Shown piece after piece: positions 33,292 to 47,435 of a stretch of DNA of 64,000 bases. The first letter of the stretch is position 1; each line of letters starts with the position of its first letter. The position numbers and the translations under genes are program-made. The DNA comes from the human T2T-CHM13v2.0 reference genome, Homo sapiens. Where the stretch lies: the NCBI RefSeq assembly GCF_009914755.1, contig NC_060930.1; one strand, given 5' to 3'. The notes beneath the pieces are model-generated. The model was given only the letters and a program-made list of their open reading frames with translations. It was not told the DNA's origin and did not search any database.

Positions 33292-33613
33292 TGTGTTATT
33301 TTATTATTGTTGTTGTTGTTATATGAGTAAGTTCTTTAGTGGTACCCATCACCCATGAATATACTGCACCATATTTATAGGCTTTTATCCCTTGCCCCCC
33401 CCTCCCATTCTTTCCCCCAAGTCTCCAAAGTCCATTGTATCATTCTTATGCCTTTGCGTCCTCATAGCTGAGTTCCCACATACCAGTGAGAACATACAAT
33501 GTTTGGTTTTCCATTCCTGGGTTACATCACTTAGAATAATAGTCTCCAATCTCATCCAGGTCACTGCAAATGCTGTTAATTCACTCCTTTTTATGGTTAC
33601 ATAGTATTCCATC

Positions 33614-33645
<32 letters not shown>

Positions 33646-33916
33646 CAGTTTATTTATCCACTCATTGATTGATGGGAATTTGGGTTGGTTCCGCAGTTGT
33701 GAATTGTTCTGCTATAAACATGCCTGTGTAAGTATCTTTTTTGAATAACGACTTCTTTTCCTCTGGGTAAATACCTGGTAGTGGGATTGCAGGATCACAT
33801 GGTAGATCTACTTTTAGTTCTTTAAGGAATCTCCACAGTATTTTCAATAGTGGCTGTACTAGTTTATATTCCCACCAGCAGTGTAGAAGTGTTCCCTGTT
33901 CACTGCATCCACACCA
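33292..33916 (-). mobile_element. 5'-truncated L1PB 3' end
   Basis: Antisense L1PB 3' UTR with internal (TA)(CA); 17 bp TSD tatgttgcttctttttc at 33275-33291 and 33917-33933. Confidence 0.9.
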
Positions 33917-34039
33917 TATGTTGCTTCTTTTTCCTCCGTCCTAGAGTATTCCTTAAAAGAGGAAAGGACAGAGCCATTATGGGTAAGAAGGAACCAGTGC
34001 CCCAGACTGTTGAGGAATTGGTCAAGTCAGAAATCACTT

Positions 34040-34610
34040 GCTCACTCTGAGCCAACATTTATGGAAGGACTCCATATGCCGGGCACTGTAGTAAGTGCTG
34101 AGGAGACAGTGCTTACATTGGTAGTGACACCTGCAAGAAGCTTAGAGTCTAGTGGAGCTGAAAGATAACAGTTTAAAAAACCCCAAGTATATTATTTTAA
34201 ATTGTGGTCAGTGCTATGAATGAAGAGACCAGGATGCTCTAAGAGATCACATTCTAGTCACAGGAAAAGACTAGGGAAGACCTACATGAAGTTGGGACAT
34301 GAATGAAAGAGTGAATGAATGGAAAACCAGTGAGGCTGGAGGCAGTGAGCAGTGGGGATGGGGTTGGAGAGAGAGATGAGGACTAGCTCTTGCACAGCCT
34401 TGCAGACCATGTTAAGGAGTTTGGTTTTTATTCTAAATGCAATGGGACTATATTTATAGGTTTTAAGCAGGAGGGTGATGGAATCCAGTTCAGCTTTCTA
34501 AAGATTCACTAGCTATTGGGTGAGAATGAATTACAGAAAGTGGGGTGGTAAAGAGATGACAAGTCAGAAGCCTTGTGCTGCAGGCCAGTCAAGAGCTGGT
34601 GGTGGTCCCT
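34040..34610 (-). mobile_element. L2 fragment
   Basis: aacatttatggaaggactccatatgccgggcactg...aggagtttggtttttattctaaatgcaatggga...ttttaagcaggagggtga. Confidence 0.7.
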
Positions 34611-36090
34611 TGGGCCAAGGGGTCCCTGATAATAGAGAAGTTATTCTCCAGGACACAAAAAAATATGCAGATGTTATCAAAGAACCCCTCTTTGGGTAAT
34701 GGAAAAAGAAAATGCTAAGTCTTAATCCCAATATTTCCCCCACCTAACTCACCTTTTATCTGCTGTGCAAGTACTCCCTCCTTCTCTCTATATAGTGGAG
34801 AAAATTAGAGCCTGATTCCACGGGTGTTCATATGAATAAATTAATGCTATGAGGTGCTTGGAAGTCCAGTGCAAAGTCTAGCAGTTGCTGCTACCTCCTC
34901 TGCTTTCCTCGATGTCCCGTTAAGTTCCCAGGGGAAGCCAGACAGCATTTATATTGTTTGATCATGGAGATGAGTGAAAATTGAGATTAAGGATGATTTC
35001 ACAATTGTCTTAGAAGTGGAATCCTTTGAAAATATTTCATTAGTTGCTCATTCTAAGTATTAGCCTATATTAAATTGATGCTCTATTTCACCAGTAGGAG
35101 CATTTAGGTGAAATCAGAGGATAGAAAAAATTAGTGGATAATTAAAGGAATGGAAAAAGAAAAATATAGTTATCTGTTGTTATTTGTAGATGTTTAATTT
35201 CATTTCCAACCAGGTCATTTTATAACGACAGGAAGATGAGAGTCCTCATTTTTCAAGTTTGAGTGAGAAGAAAGTGTACCATTTATAGATAAAAAAGATA
35301 AGATTAAATAAAGTAACTGCCACCTTCTGATGCTCTCATTTCTCTCAGTATTTCTGCAGGTAGACTGAAAGCATGAGTGTCTACTTTTGAGCAGAATGAA
35401 ATAAATAATTCAGCATTTTCTACTGCATATCAACTCTCTGCTTATTTCCCCCTTCAAATTGCATATTCTGGCAAGATTTCTCACTTGTAAAAGCATTTAA
35501 TTACTGTGTTTGGCAGTCATGGTTGGTTGCATTATATAAACAAACACCTACTTCAAACATTGAAACTGATTTTTTTCATAGTCGGCCGGAAAGCAAGACT
35601 ATTTGATGTTCAGTTTGGATGCCCTATTTCTGATTATATAATTTAGGTCTGGGAATAGAATTTTGGCATGTATCTGCAGTTCTTATGCCATAGAAAATTA
35701 ACCTTTAGCATCCTCTCTAAAAGGGCAAATCATCATGCATACAAGTTCCAAAAAAAACTTTTAAGGTAAGCTTCCTTCTAATAAAAGATTTTTCTGTCTT
35801 CAAGCAAATGCACATCTCTCTAGTACTGCGTTACTTTCAAATATTCTGTGTAATCTGTGACCTCTGCAGAGCCATAGCTAACTCAGCCCCCAAGCCAGAC
35901 ATGGAAGGATCCCCAGGTGTTTAGCTGAAGATCTTGGTAGACAAAGTTCATTTTCTTTGGCCTGTCTATAGGCAATGCTTGCTTTCGAATCCTTAAATAT
36001 ATTCAAGAACACTTCTCAGCTCACCAGATTCTAGAGCATTGTGTACACTTGTAGTCAAGTACAACTCAGGAAAGCCAAAGCCCTTAATGA

Positions 36091-36487
<397 letters not shown>

Positions 36488-37019
36488 TATGAACTGTTTT
36501 TTTCTAAGCTCAGTTTGTAGAAGAGAGCCTGACCTCCCTCTCCACCACACACCACACACACAAAGTGTGTAGACATGAGGAATTTATTTAAGGAAAAAAA
36601 GAATCTTTGAATGTGTATCAGCCTATCAGTGTTTATTAATCCCAGCTCCTCCACCTTCTTCTTAGTCTACTCTCTGTTATAGATTCAACCCTGAGGCAGG
36701 GCAACAGTTTGAATCATCGGGGAAGGTTAAATTATAGTTTGTATACTGCCTTTACCTATCAAGTTAGGGATATGCATGACCCAGTTTAGGAAAAAAAAAA
36801 TGAACAAGCGTTGAAAAAGGTTTTTATTGTTAACTCTAAAGTTAACAGAAAGTTCAGTTAAGCAGAACTTTTCATCTCTTAAGGAATTTGGATAACTGCT
36901 CTTTTACTCTACTGTTAATGACAAAGAATGACCTCAGAGTCCAAGCTCTCTTCTCTTTCTGAGAATTAACCTGCAATCAGGAAGTGATATAAACTCTTCT
37001 AAGAATTATATCCACCTAA

Positions 37020-37511
<492 letters not shown>

Positions 37512-38110
37512 ACCTCAAACATTTCTTTAAAAAGACACACACAAATTGCAAACCGTTTGCTATTTAAAAATGTAATAATAAGCTCAAAACTTTGGTATGG
37601 ATTTATATAGTGACCTAGCCGAGAAATATTTAATAACCACAGGCAGCATTTTGGGAGTTCACCATATGCCAGCAGACAGTATAGGGCAAGTTCTTTGCAT
37701 GAACACGATCATTTTTCCTATATCACCTATAATCAGCTGCTGATTAGTCTTCCTTCCCCCTTCAGTCCCCTCTCTGTTCACACCATTTATTAATCTGCAG
37801 ATGGGCAAACTTGCATGATTGAGGAGCTTACCTGAAGACACGCGGCTCATAAGTGGCAGAACCAGGACTCACACCCAGATCTTTTGTACACCAAAGTGTG
37901 TGCCCTCAGCTGTGTGCACTGTCTCCTGTGCGTTCATCACACATGCTCATCCATTCTTGCTTTTTCTCTCACGCTTTCTGGATTAGTGGAGAAAGTTAGG
38001 CAAAGGGAGATCCTCCCTACAACCTTATCTTTCAGTTATATTTGGAGGGTCTTTTATCCCCTTCCTAAGATAGTTTTATTTTAGCCTCTTGTCTTTAATG
38101 ATAAAACTTA

Positions 38111-38314
38111 TTTTTGTTTTTGTTTTTGAGACGGAGTCTCCCTCTGTCGCCCAGGCTGGAGTGCAGAGGTGTGATTGGCTAATTTCTGTATTTTTGGTAG
38201 AGATGGGGTTTCGCCATGTTGGCTAGGCTGGTCTCAAACTTCTGACCTCAAGTGATCCACCTGCCTCGGCTTCCCGAAGTGCTGGGATTACAGGCATGAG
38301 CCACCATACCTGGC
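38111..38314 (-). mobile_element. AluS with internal deletion of most of the right monomer
   Basis: Junction gtgcagaggtgtgat|tggctaatt; TSD tgataaaactta. Confidence 0.88.
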
Positions 38315-38879
38315 TGATAAAACTTACTTTTCTTAGTGGGGGGAAAAGCATGAGGATTATTTAAATCTAAGAAGATGAAATTAAGTAGCAAAAAAGAAAC
38401 TGTATAAACATTTATTGCAGATATCATTAAATACCTACAAAACATAGATGAAACGAGTAAAAAGTGAGTAAAAATAGTTACTAATACAAGATATAATTCA
38501 AAAGAAAAAAATTCAAGATTCAGACCACAAGCCATATAATATATCACAGTGAACTCCCAATGAACTAAAGAATTACAGATTTGCAGTAGCACAGTTTCAG
38601 CTGTAAAGAAGAAAATTTTTTTGAAGGAGGAGAAAATTGAAAAGGGCAAAGATGCACATATTTATTGATATGAAGTTTAAAACCTTTTAGAACTAGAACG
38701 TAATGAAAGCAACAAAATGGGAAAATATGCACAGCAACAATTGGAGACTTAATTCATGTGCCCACACAAGAATTTATATAAATGTGAGCACAACGTCAGA
38801 TTCTAATTGGATAAGTGGTCCAAGGATAAAACCGGCTATTACACAAAGGAAAACAAATAGGAAACCAAATCTGAAAATA

Positions 38880-39300
38880 ACACTCAAATACATTTTAAAA
38901 TGGAAACATTTTACACCTATCAAATAAACGGAAGTCAAAAATCAACAAGGGACAGGTTGTGGAGAAACAGGTTATATTCATGCATTACTGTTAACCGTGT
39001 AAACTATGTAATCCTTTTGGAGAAAACCTGACAGTATATAATAAGGATGATGACAGTCTTACCCTTTGAACCTGCTGTAGCTCTTCCTTCCTGGCAGTTT
39101 ATCCCGACGGTGTCATGAGACAAGAACTTATTGAGCAACTGCAGTGCTAGAAGCTGTGAGAAATGGAGATGAAGGAGACAGATTCTACCCTGAAGGTGAA
39201 GCTGGTGCAACTTAAAGGCACTAACATAATTCATGTTCAAAAATGTCTTCATGGAATTAATTATAATGAGAAAAAATACTTAGTGACAGCCTACATATCT
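38880..39300 (+). mobile_element. Old L1ME-type fragment
   Basis: cattttacacctatcaaa...gtggagaaacagg...tttggagaaaacctgacagtat...accctttgaacc. Confidence 0.5.
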
Positions 39301-39474
39301 AAAAATGTAGAACTCATTATTTTCCTGAGTCACCCACCACCCTATAACCAACTCTCTCCCGTTCTTCTATGCATACCCTGGGAGTGAATGGCAATGCCAG
39401 CCCCAAGGTGCCTTAACCACAAGCTTCAGCCTTTCCCTCCCTCCTCCCTCTCCTTCATAGCCCAGCCCCATCCA

Positions 39475-39597
39475 ATCAATTCTCAAACTATAGGCATTCT
39501 CCCTGCAGCTGCCTTTATCCAGGCTGCCACCACCTCATCAATTCTCAAACTATAGGCATTCTCCCTGCGCTGCCTTTATCCAGGCTGCCACCACCTC
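39475..39597 (+). repeat. Tandem duplication of a 62/61 bp unit
   Basis: Units 39475-39536 and 39537-39597 differ by one base indel. Confidence 0.95.
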
Positions 39598-39811
39598 TTC
39601 CTTAGCAGGTGTCTATCTCCATACTTGCATTGTTTCTTCCTCTGGTCTGTTTTCCAACTTCATTGAGAGTTGTCTTTTCAAAATGCAGATCTGATTGATT
39701 ATGGTACTCCTCCATTTAAAACATTCAGTCCAAAGTCTTTACTGGATACATAAGACCCTATGTGGCCTGGTGCCTACTAACCTCTACAGTCTTGTCTCTT
39801 GTTTCTTCCCC

Positions 39812-39852
39812 TATACACACACACACACACACACGCGCGCGCGCACACACAC
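39812..39852. repeat. (CA)n(CG)5(CA)n alternating purine-pyrimidine tract
   Basis: Read directly from the sequence. Confidence 0.9.
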
Positions 39853-40149
39853 CACCAGTTTCTACCCTACTGCATTGCTTGGAGTTTCACTGGATAGGCA
39901 CCATGAGTCTTTGCACATGGCACTCCCTCTCCTTAAAAGCCTACACTGATTTCTCACCCCATCCCATGACTCCAGGCTGGCTGACTCCTATTTATGCCTG
40001 TTTGTTCTTCCAGACTCAATTCATATGTCATCCCTTCTAGGGACATCTTTATGATCTAGGTCCCTTCCTGACACATGCAGACACAAGACTCAGTTGGGGG
40101 CCCACTTATGTTCACACACCTGATACATACCCCTCATGTAGAATGCTGT

Positions 40150-40436
<287 letters not shown>

Positions 40437-40534
40437 TCAGTACAAGTATTATATTATGCATAAAGGCAAAATGCAACAAAATAGGTCATAGGTCAATGTG
40501 TTCCCTGACTTTTTGTAGCAAAGTGTTTTTTAGT

Positions 40535-40591
40535 GTTATTTTTAATTGATAATAATTGTATATATTTATGGGATACAATGTGATGTTTTGA

Positions 40592-40637
<46 letters not shown>

Positions 40638-40840
40638 GGAATGATCAAATCAGGCTGTTCTTTGTGGTCAGGACATTTAAAATCCATTCTTTTAGCTCTT
40701 TTGAGGTCTACAATACGTTACCATTAACTACAGTCACCATGCTGTGTAATGGATCACCAGAGCCTGTTCCTCCTGTCCCACTGAAACTTCAGACCACTTG
40801 AACAACATCTCTCCTTGCCCACCCAGGCCCCTCCACCATA
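40535..40840 (-). mobile_element. L1MA 3' end with internal (TA)n
   Basis: aataattgtatatatttatgggatacaatgtgatgttttgat...ttaactacagtcaccatgctgtg. Confidence 0.8.
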
Positions 40841-42149
40841 GCTGAGTGTTTTAAAACTATTCCCAATGAACACCTAAATTTAAGCAGTGCCTGAATAGCT
40901 TTCACAACTCTACAAAGTGAGCAGGGAGAAATCTAACTCTTTATGCCATTAATATATAAGCAGGAATTGTTTCACTAGATCTGTGTTAACTTCAGATGCC
41001 CTAGGAAACAGGAGTTTTTATATTAGGTTCAGCCTGAATTACCCATCTTGACCTAATCTAACTGATGTAAATAGTAGGAATTAATTTTGTGCAGGCAGGG
41101 GTAAAGATTAATCCAGGTCAGTCAGCACCTTGTAATTAATCCACATACTCTTTAAAATAGAGAAAGAAATGTTGGCATACTCTCTGGCTTAAGGTTCTGC
41201 ACCAATCTAATGTAGAGTTCTAAAATTTTATAGTGTTCACATTTCAGGGTTGAATTACAAATAACAAAGGCTTTGCTAAAGATGGTTATTTCCAATGGCC
41301 AAATCTTGAGGTGTTGTTAGGAATTGGTTCTAACCAATCATGAGCAAATGAATATGTGAATTAAAGACAAAATATTTCTAGGTGATTTTTAAATATGATT
41401 AGAAAACCTGGGTTTTATCATATTAGGTTATCACTGATATTGCAGTTTTAAAACCTGAAATCTCTGAATATCAATTAATTATAAACTAGAAATCAGCCTA
41501 AATTCATTAACTTTCATTGCTGAGAAAATAAGTAATAAATCTCTGAAAAAACAATATTAATGAGCAATTTTCTACAAAATCAAAATTTTAAACTCTTATT
41601 AAATTGTGTGTGTGAGTGAAAGTGCCATAATGATGTATGGTAGCCTTGCCTTGCTTTGATATAGAGGAGAAAATAAATACAGAAATCATGTTTGTAGGAT
41701 TTTAAAGGTTTGGCATGAGTAAGCACCATTGCCTTGACTTTTCTGAGTCGCTCTGTTCTTAATAATAGCTTTTAATATAATTTAACGTAAGTTGTAATCA
41801 TATAATAAATATTAAGCTCCAAAGAGATATTTAGTTATTTGTTAAATTTCTTGAACTTCATGGCTATGTTCAGCAATATAGCATTTCTCAGGGCAGAGAA
41901 GATGTGAATATTAAATGTAAGTAAGGGAGAAATACAGGCAGCTCACTTTTCACCAAAGTGTTCTCTTTGAAGAATCCATAAAATAAAGTAGTTATCATAA
42001 AGCAAATCATGTTTTCCCATGGGAATGAGTTCATAATTACAGGCTTGCTTCTTTACCTAATTATAAGCAATAGCATACTTTAAAAAATTACAACAGCTGT
42101 GATAGAAATATCACCCACACTAATTATACCAAAGTCCTCAGGGCAGTAT

Positions 42150-43450
42150 AGTTGTTCATTCAGTCATTCAGCAAGCATTCGTTGAGTATGTACTCTGTGC
42201 CAGGTGCTGTTTCAGGCTGTGGGAATTTGATGCAGGCAAAAAAACACATGCGCTTTCCCTGCCACCCCATCAGTATATTAAACTAGACTAGTAGGAGAGA
42301 TGGCTGTAAGCCAGATATTCATTGTAATTATAAATGCCATAAAGGAAAAAAAAATACAGGTAGGCATTGTCATGAGGAGGTGATCGCCATGCTGAGGTCT
42401 GACAGGTGAGCAGGAACTGAGGCGGGGGCAGAAAAGCAATGTGGAGAGACAGTGAGCTTTGGAGGGACTTAGAGATGAGTGGTGTGTCTGGCATGGTATG
42501 GGAGAGAAGGCCAGTAAAGTCAGCAAGGGGGCCAGGATGGGAACATGTGAGTGCTGGAGGCCAGGTTACATACAGGTTGTGATCCTTATTCTAGAAGAAA
42601 TGAAGAGGCATGGAAGAGTTTTCAGCTGATGGGGTAAGGATAGGGTGACATCAGGTCTGCCATTTGAATGATCATGGCACTATAGTTCTCCCCTCCAGAG
42701 AATATTTAGTAGAATGTTATACTAGTACAGATGGAAGATGACCAGGGTAGAGATGGAGAAAAGGAAGTGACATGCAAGTGAATTAAGAAGTAAAGAAATT
42801 GACTAGAGGTGGTAATGATTTGAATATGTGGAGTGATGGAAAAAAGGTGGAAAGGATGGCTCTGAAATTTCTGGTTTGCAGAACCCCACAAATGATAGTG
42901 ACATTCCTTGGAAGAGGGTCCAGTTTGGGAGGGAAGTTGTGTTTCATTTTGGTTATATTACATTTCAGTTTCCTGTGAAATCTCAAAGCTGAGCTATCAA
43001 ATAGTCACTTGGATATACTGGTCTGGTGCTCAGAAGTTTGGGCTGAAAATATAAATGAGTCATTGGCTGATCCTGCAAAGGAGATTGAAGAGGGATGTTG
43101 GTACAGGGAGGTGGAAAACCAGGATTCTAAGGGGCCATGGTCCCCAAAGCGGGACAGTGCTTAGTATGAAAACAGTGGCCAGAAGTGTCAGATGTTTCCA
43201 AGATGTTATACGCAGAAGAGACTGATAATTACCAGTTGGGTTAAGCAGCATCATATTACAGGTAACTGTTTTGGTTGGGGATGTGTGCGGTGAAGCGGGG
43301 AAGAGACTAGATTGGAGCGAGTTGGGGAAGAGATGAAGACAGTGAGTACAGATAACCCATTTGTAGCTTTTACACTTGAAGGAAGAAGAGGGCTACAGCT
43401 GGAGGAGGACACACTGAGAATCATGGGAAAGTTGCCTTAGATGGGCAAGT
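42150..43450 (-). mobile_element. L2 (long antisense fragment)
   Basis: Starts with L2 tail ttcattcagtcattcagcaagcattcgttgagtatgtactctgtgccagg; purine-rich L2 body follows. Confidence 0.75.
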
Positions 43451-43768
43451 TGAAGCACATTTTCCCACCATTAGGACAGACAAAGAGGAGGTGCCCTTGG
43501 GAAGTAATCTCTAGGCATAATGCTCATATAGAGTCCAAATTCTATATGAATTTACAATTACATTTTTCATGGATTAACTTATTTTAGCAGAAACCATACA
43601 TGCATTGGTGTTTCCCCTGCTTTTCTCATATATATGGCCACTGCAATGCTGAGGACCGTAAAGACAGCATGGGAGTTAGCGAGTGGTCGGGTGAATTTTG
43701 TGCAACATCCAGTTCAGAACAATTCAGCCTGGGTAGTGGTTATCACTTGGAGAAAAGAAAGGATAATA

Positions 43769-44044
43769 GGCCGGGCGTGGTGGCTCATGCCTGTAATCCC
43801 AGCACTTCGGGAGGCTGAGGCGGGTAGATCAAGAGATCAAGACCATCCTGACCAACATGGTGAAAACCCCTCTCTACCGAAAATACAAAATTTAGCTGGG
43901 CGTGGTGGCGTGTGCCTGTAGTCCCAGCTGCTCGGGAGGCTGAGACAGAGGAATCACTTGAACCCAGGAGGCAGAGGTGGCAGTGTGCCAAGATTGTGCC
44001 ACTGCCTGGCGACAGAGCGTGACTCTGTCTCAAAAAAAAAAAAA
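43769..44044 (+). mobile_element. AluSc-like
   Basis: gagatcaagaccatcctg, cctggcgacagagc; TSD aaaagaaaggataata. Confidence 0.92.
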
Positions 44045-45855
44045 GAAAGGATAATAGTAGATCGTCTTTTTTTTTATTTCCCTTCTTAAAAAAAGAGTTG
44101 TAGAATTTCCTCCATGTTCTTTGTATTGAGAATTCTATATACACAGATGATTCCACATCCTCCAAATTTAGAAAACCTTTTTTCCCCATCCCCTGGAGTA
44201 GTCAGCTTTGCACAGCTATCCTTCCCTAAATGCAGCCAGGAGCAGAGTCCCGGTGGTGTCTGAGAGAACCCAGCGATTCGGAGCCAACTTGAGGCCCTGT
44301 AGTGCAGGGAGACCCTGAAACCTGTGAATGAGCTTCCTGAACCCAAACTTTGCCGCTCCTCAATTTCTTTTTGGCCTTGAGTACAGAATGGAATTTGCAG
44401 CCGCTGATGAAGTATGGCTGAATGCTCCAGGCAGTGATCCTTTAAAGCTAAACCCCACTCTGCAGTGTGCACAGAGCATGGTGCTTTGCAATATGACTCC
44501 ACCCCGATTCTAAAAAGCCTATTAACACAAAGACTCTGCTTTACCTACAGTTGACTCTGCCTCAGTACATCTGATGAGGGGCAAGCGTGATGCCTGCTCC
44601 CTAAATTCCCCCTTCCCCCACAGTTAGGCTAAGACCACCTTGTTGAGGCCATGCAGCCTCTGTGCATGGTGAGGCCTGAGCCTGCATGTCTGGGCCTTGT
44701 GCTGGCAGGCCCAGCGACACTCCAGAAAGAGCCACTCACCTGTGGCAAAGTTGTCAGCAGCTGAGTCAGCTGCCAAAGTAAAAAGTGCACTAAAGCTGCT
44801 TACCAGGCCACGATAAAGGCCACCTGCAAGACTGCAAAAGCAAAGTGTGGCACAAAACACTGTGCTGCGAGTGGCCACATGAGAAACCAATGGCCCACAC
44901 CCACAGTGCCGCATCTGTCAGAAGCCACCATCTCCGGGGGTCATTTTGTTCCTCAAGTGCATGTCCCTGAGCCAGTCCACCAGACATGGAGGCTTGGGGA
45001 AAGGGCAGTGAAGACCCTTTCCACCCGGCCAGGTTCTGCCCAGTTTGAGAATTTGAAACCAAGCAGGAAGGCAGAGGGAGACTAAACTCTCACCTTTATT
45101 GCTGATAAGCTGACATCGGAGATTGTGTCTCATGTCTGGGTGTGCAGCCATCCTAATACCGAACTCAGAATCGGAAACTTCCTAGATGGCAGGCTGACCT
45201 GAGCAGCCCTTCACACACGGGAGCAGACCTTGCACCTGCAGGAGGGAGGCAAAGCAGGTGCTACCAGTGGGCAGCTCTGTGCCCCGAAAGCAAGAGTGCA
45301 GCCAGATCATGCCTGCCCAGTTTTCCCTTCCTATGCATGCCAGTCTAATTCCTGAGTCCTGCCCCCAAGAGAGGCATATGCGGGTTAAAGAGAGACCAGG
45401 AGCTCCTGGAGCACCACCCACATGAGAGAACAGCAGGAGTGAGGATGAAACATGCCACACACAGCCCCACCCTTACCCCAAGACTCCTCCCTGACGTTAT
45501 AGTAGGAGGTCAAGTATTTGCTACAGGGTTGGATGTCATACTTAATGCTGATGGCTTCGTGCGCATCTTAACAGTTGACAACTACATCATCACAGCTTGA
45601 CACACGTTTCTTCAATTGGCATGTGTTCTTTGTGCTCAGAACCACATTAGGCCCTAAGAGACTCCAGAGAGACACATGGCCCGAGTCAACCTTATCCTCT
45701 GTAGAGGGCAGATGGGGACAGTATTTATATTTATGAAATTTAGAGAATAGTTGTCAACTCGTCATGATAGGACATTAGCAACAAACACCCATGAACGAAA
45801 GTTTGTTGTGAGCCACACTGGTCTTTAAACAGCCTTCAGGATGATTCTGGTTTTC

Positions 45856-46035
45856 TAGATGTGTTTCCTTTCTCAGTGAGTCCCTTTTCTTGAGAGGAGA
45901 GGGGGTGTATATTACAATAAGACAGGTTCCGGAGGGAAATGACTTCATGGGCTCACTGTTGAGCTGCTTCCCTTTGCATCTCGGGGGAAGGTGTGGTTCA
46001 CCCGCAGCAGGTCCGGTGAAGGAAGCACGTGTGTG
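45856..46035 (+). promoter_or_regulatory. Duplicated enhancer-like module, copy A
   Basis: Direct repeat of 47251-47435 with C/EBP-like, ETS, CRE-like, RUNX and CACGTG words; duplication is certain, function is inferred. Confidence 0.6.
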
Positions 46036-47250
46036 TGTGTGGAAGGGTGGCGCTGACCTCCCAGACAGGACATTACCCTTCTTCCTCTTCCTGACCACTG
46101 CTGTTCCCACAGCAGTCACGGTCATCACTTAGCTTCCTGTTGGGGAAAACCTTGGACACTGTGCATCCACCTGCTATAACTGGCAAACTAAGGATGACAG
46201 AGTGTTCAATGATGCTGTTCAACTTGAACCCTGAGTTGACACACGGACCCCTCTGCGCTAGTATCCAGGGCATAGGACGTCTGAAGGAAAGATGGAGCCA
46301 TTCTTGGTGGGGCGGAAGAGGCAGGAAACTGCTGCCTGGACAAATCGTGTTCTGGGCCAAAGCATCACAGGCGAGTGAAATATGGGAATATTGAAGGGGC
46401 CTGGGATGGAGGTAAGATGGAGCGATCCTATGGTTTGGCACCTGCAGCCAGGGTGGTGGCAAGGGCAGTGGCAAGTAGTGGGTTTCATGGAAGGATAAAA
46501 GTATCAGGCAGCCTCCTCGGGCGGAGACCGCAGGTAGATGTCCCTGGCCTCTGGGACTGTCTTCACCCAACAGTCTATGTGCTGGGTACATACGCTATGC
46601 TGGGCACAAAGAAGGCTGTGGTCCATGACTTCAAGAAGCCCTCAGGCTAGTAAATTGGCATCTTCATATTATCCTTAGATCCAGGCTGACAATGTAAGCA
46701 AATGTGGAAAGCGTTAGAAAATGCAGGCTCCCTGGCACTATCTTAGACCTCATAGAACAGCCATTTCAGAGCAAGTCCTGGGAATCTCCATCCCATTAAG
46801 TGCCCCCTGAGGCTTGGGGATAGATAGTTGCGTGAGACAAACTGTAGCAAGTAAATCATCGCAACAAAGTGCGAGAAGTACTGTGATTGGCTGTTTCGGG
46901 AATGACGAATGCACAAAGGAGGTTCTCCTACGTGGGAAATCCAGGTGCGGCTTGGGGACTAGTATTTGAAATTTCAACTGGCTCCATCTGCCTACTTTCT
47001 CACATACCTCCATATGCTGTCTGGTGGCTGATGGCAGCAGCTGTGCAGGGGTTTCAGTGTCTGAATTTGGGCAGTTTGCTGTGCTTCCGAAATGGTTCTG
47101 GCCAACCCTGTGTCTCCCCTTGGACTTCTGATTGGCCCATGGGGGATGAGGATTTTTGGATCTGTGGCAGCAGTAATGATCGAGGCCTCCAAGAAGAGCA
47201 CCACTAGGAGGGTGTTAGTAGATTTTTAATAGCCTTCATACCGAGTCCTT

Positions 47251-47435
47251 TAGATGTGTTTCTTTTCTCAGTGTGTCCCTTTTCATGGCGGGGGGTTGGG
47301 GTGTATCTTACAATAAGACAGGTTTGGGATGGGGGGAAATGACTTCATGGGCTTGCTGTTGAGCTGCTTCCCTTTGCATCTCCGGGAAAGGCGTGGTTCA
47401 CCCGCAGCAGGTCCGGTTAAGGAAGCACGTGTGTG
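47251..47435 (+). promoter_or_regulatory. Duplicated enhancer-like module, copy B
   Basis: Core 47334-47435 matches 45934-46035 at 96/102 by manual count. Confidence 0.6.

Larger units (their letters stand above)
39300..40145 (+). mobile_element. L2 fragment containing a tandem duplication and microsatellite
   Basis: gaactcattattttcc, cttttcaaaatgcagatctgatt, gtccaaa...cataagaccct L2 words. Confidence 0.55.

Noticed and set aside
45177-45192. CTCF-like TTCCTAGATGGCAG (and GGGTGGCGC near 46045)
   Set aside because: 5' half of the consensus mismatches; too weak without ChIP data.
46073-46591. Longest ORF (172 aa, minus strand) and neighbours in the 44-48 kb block
   Set aside because: No recognisable domain; overlapping ORFs in several frames are expected from higher GC content.
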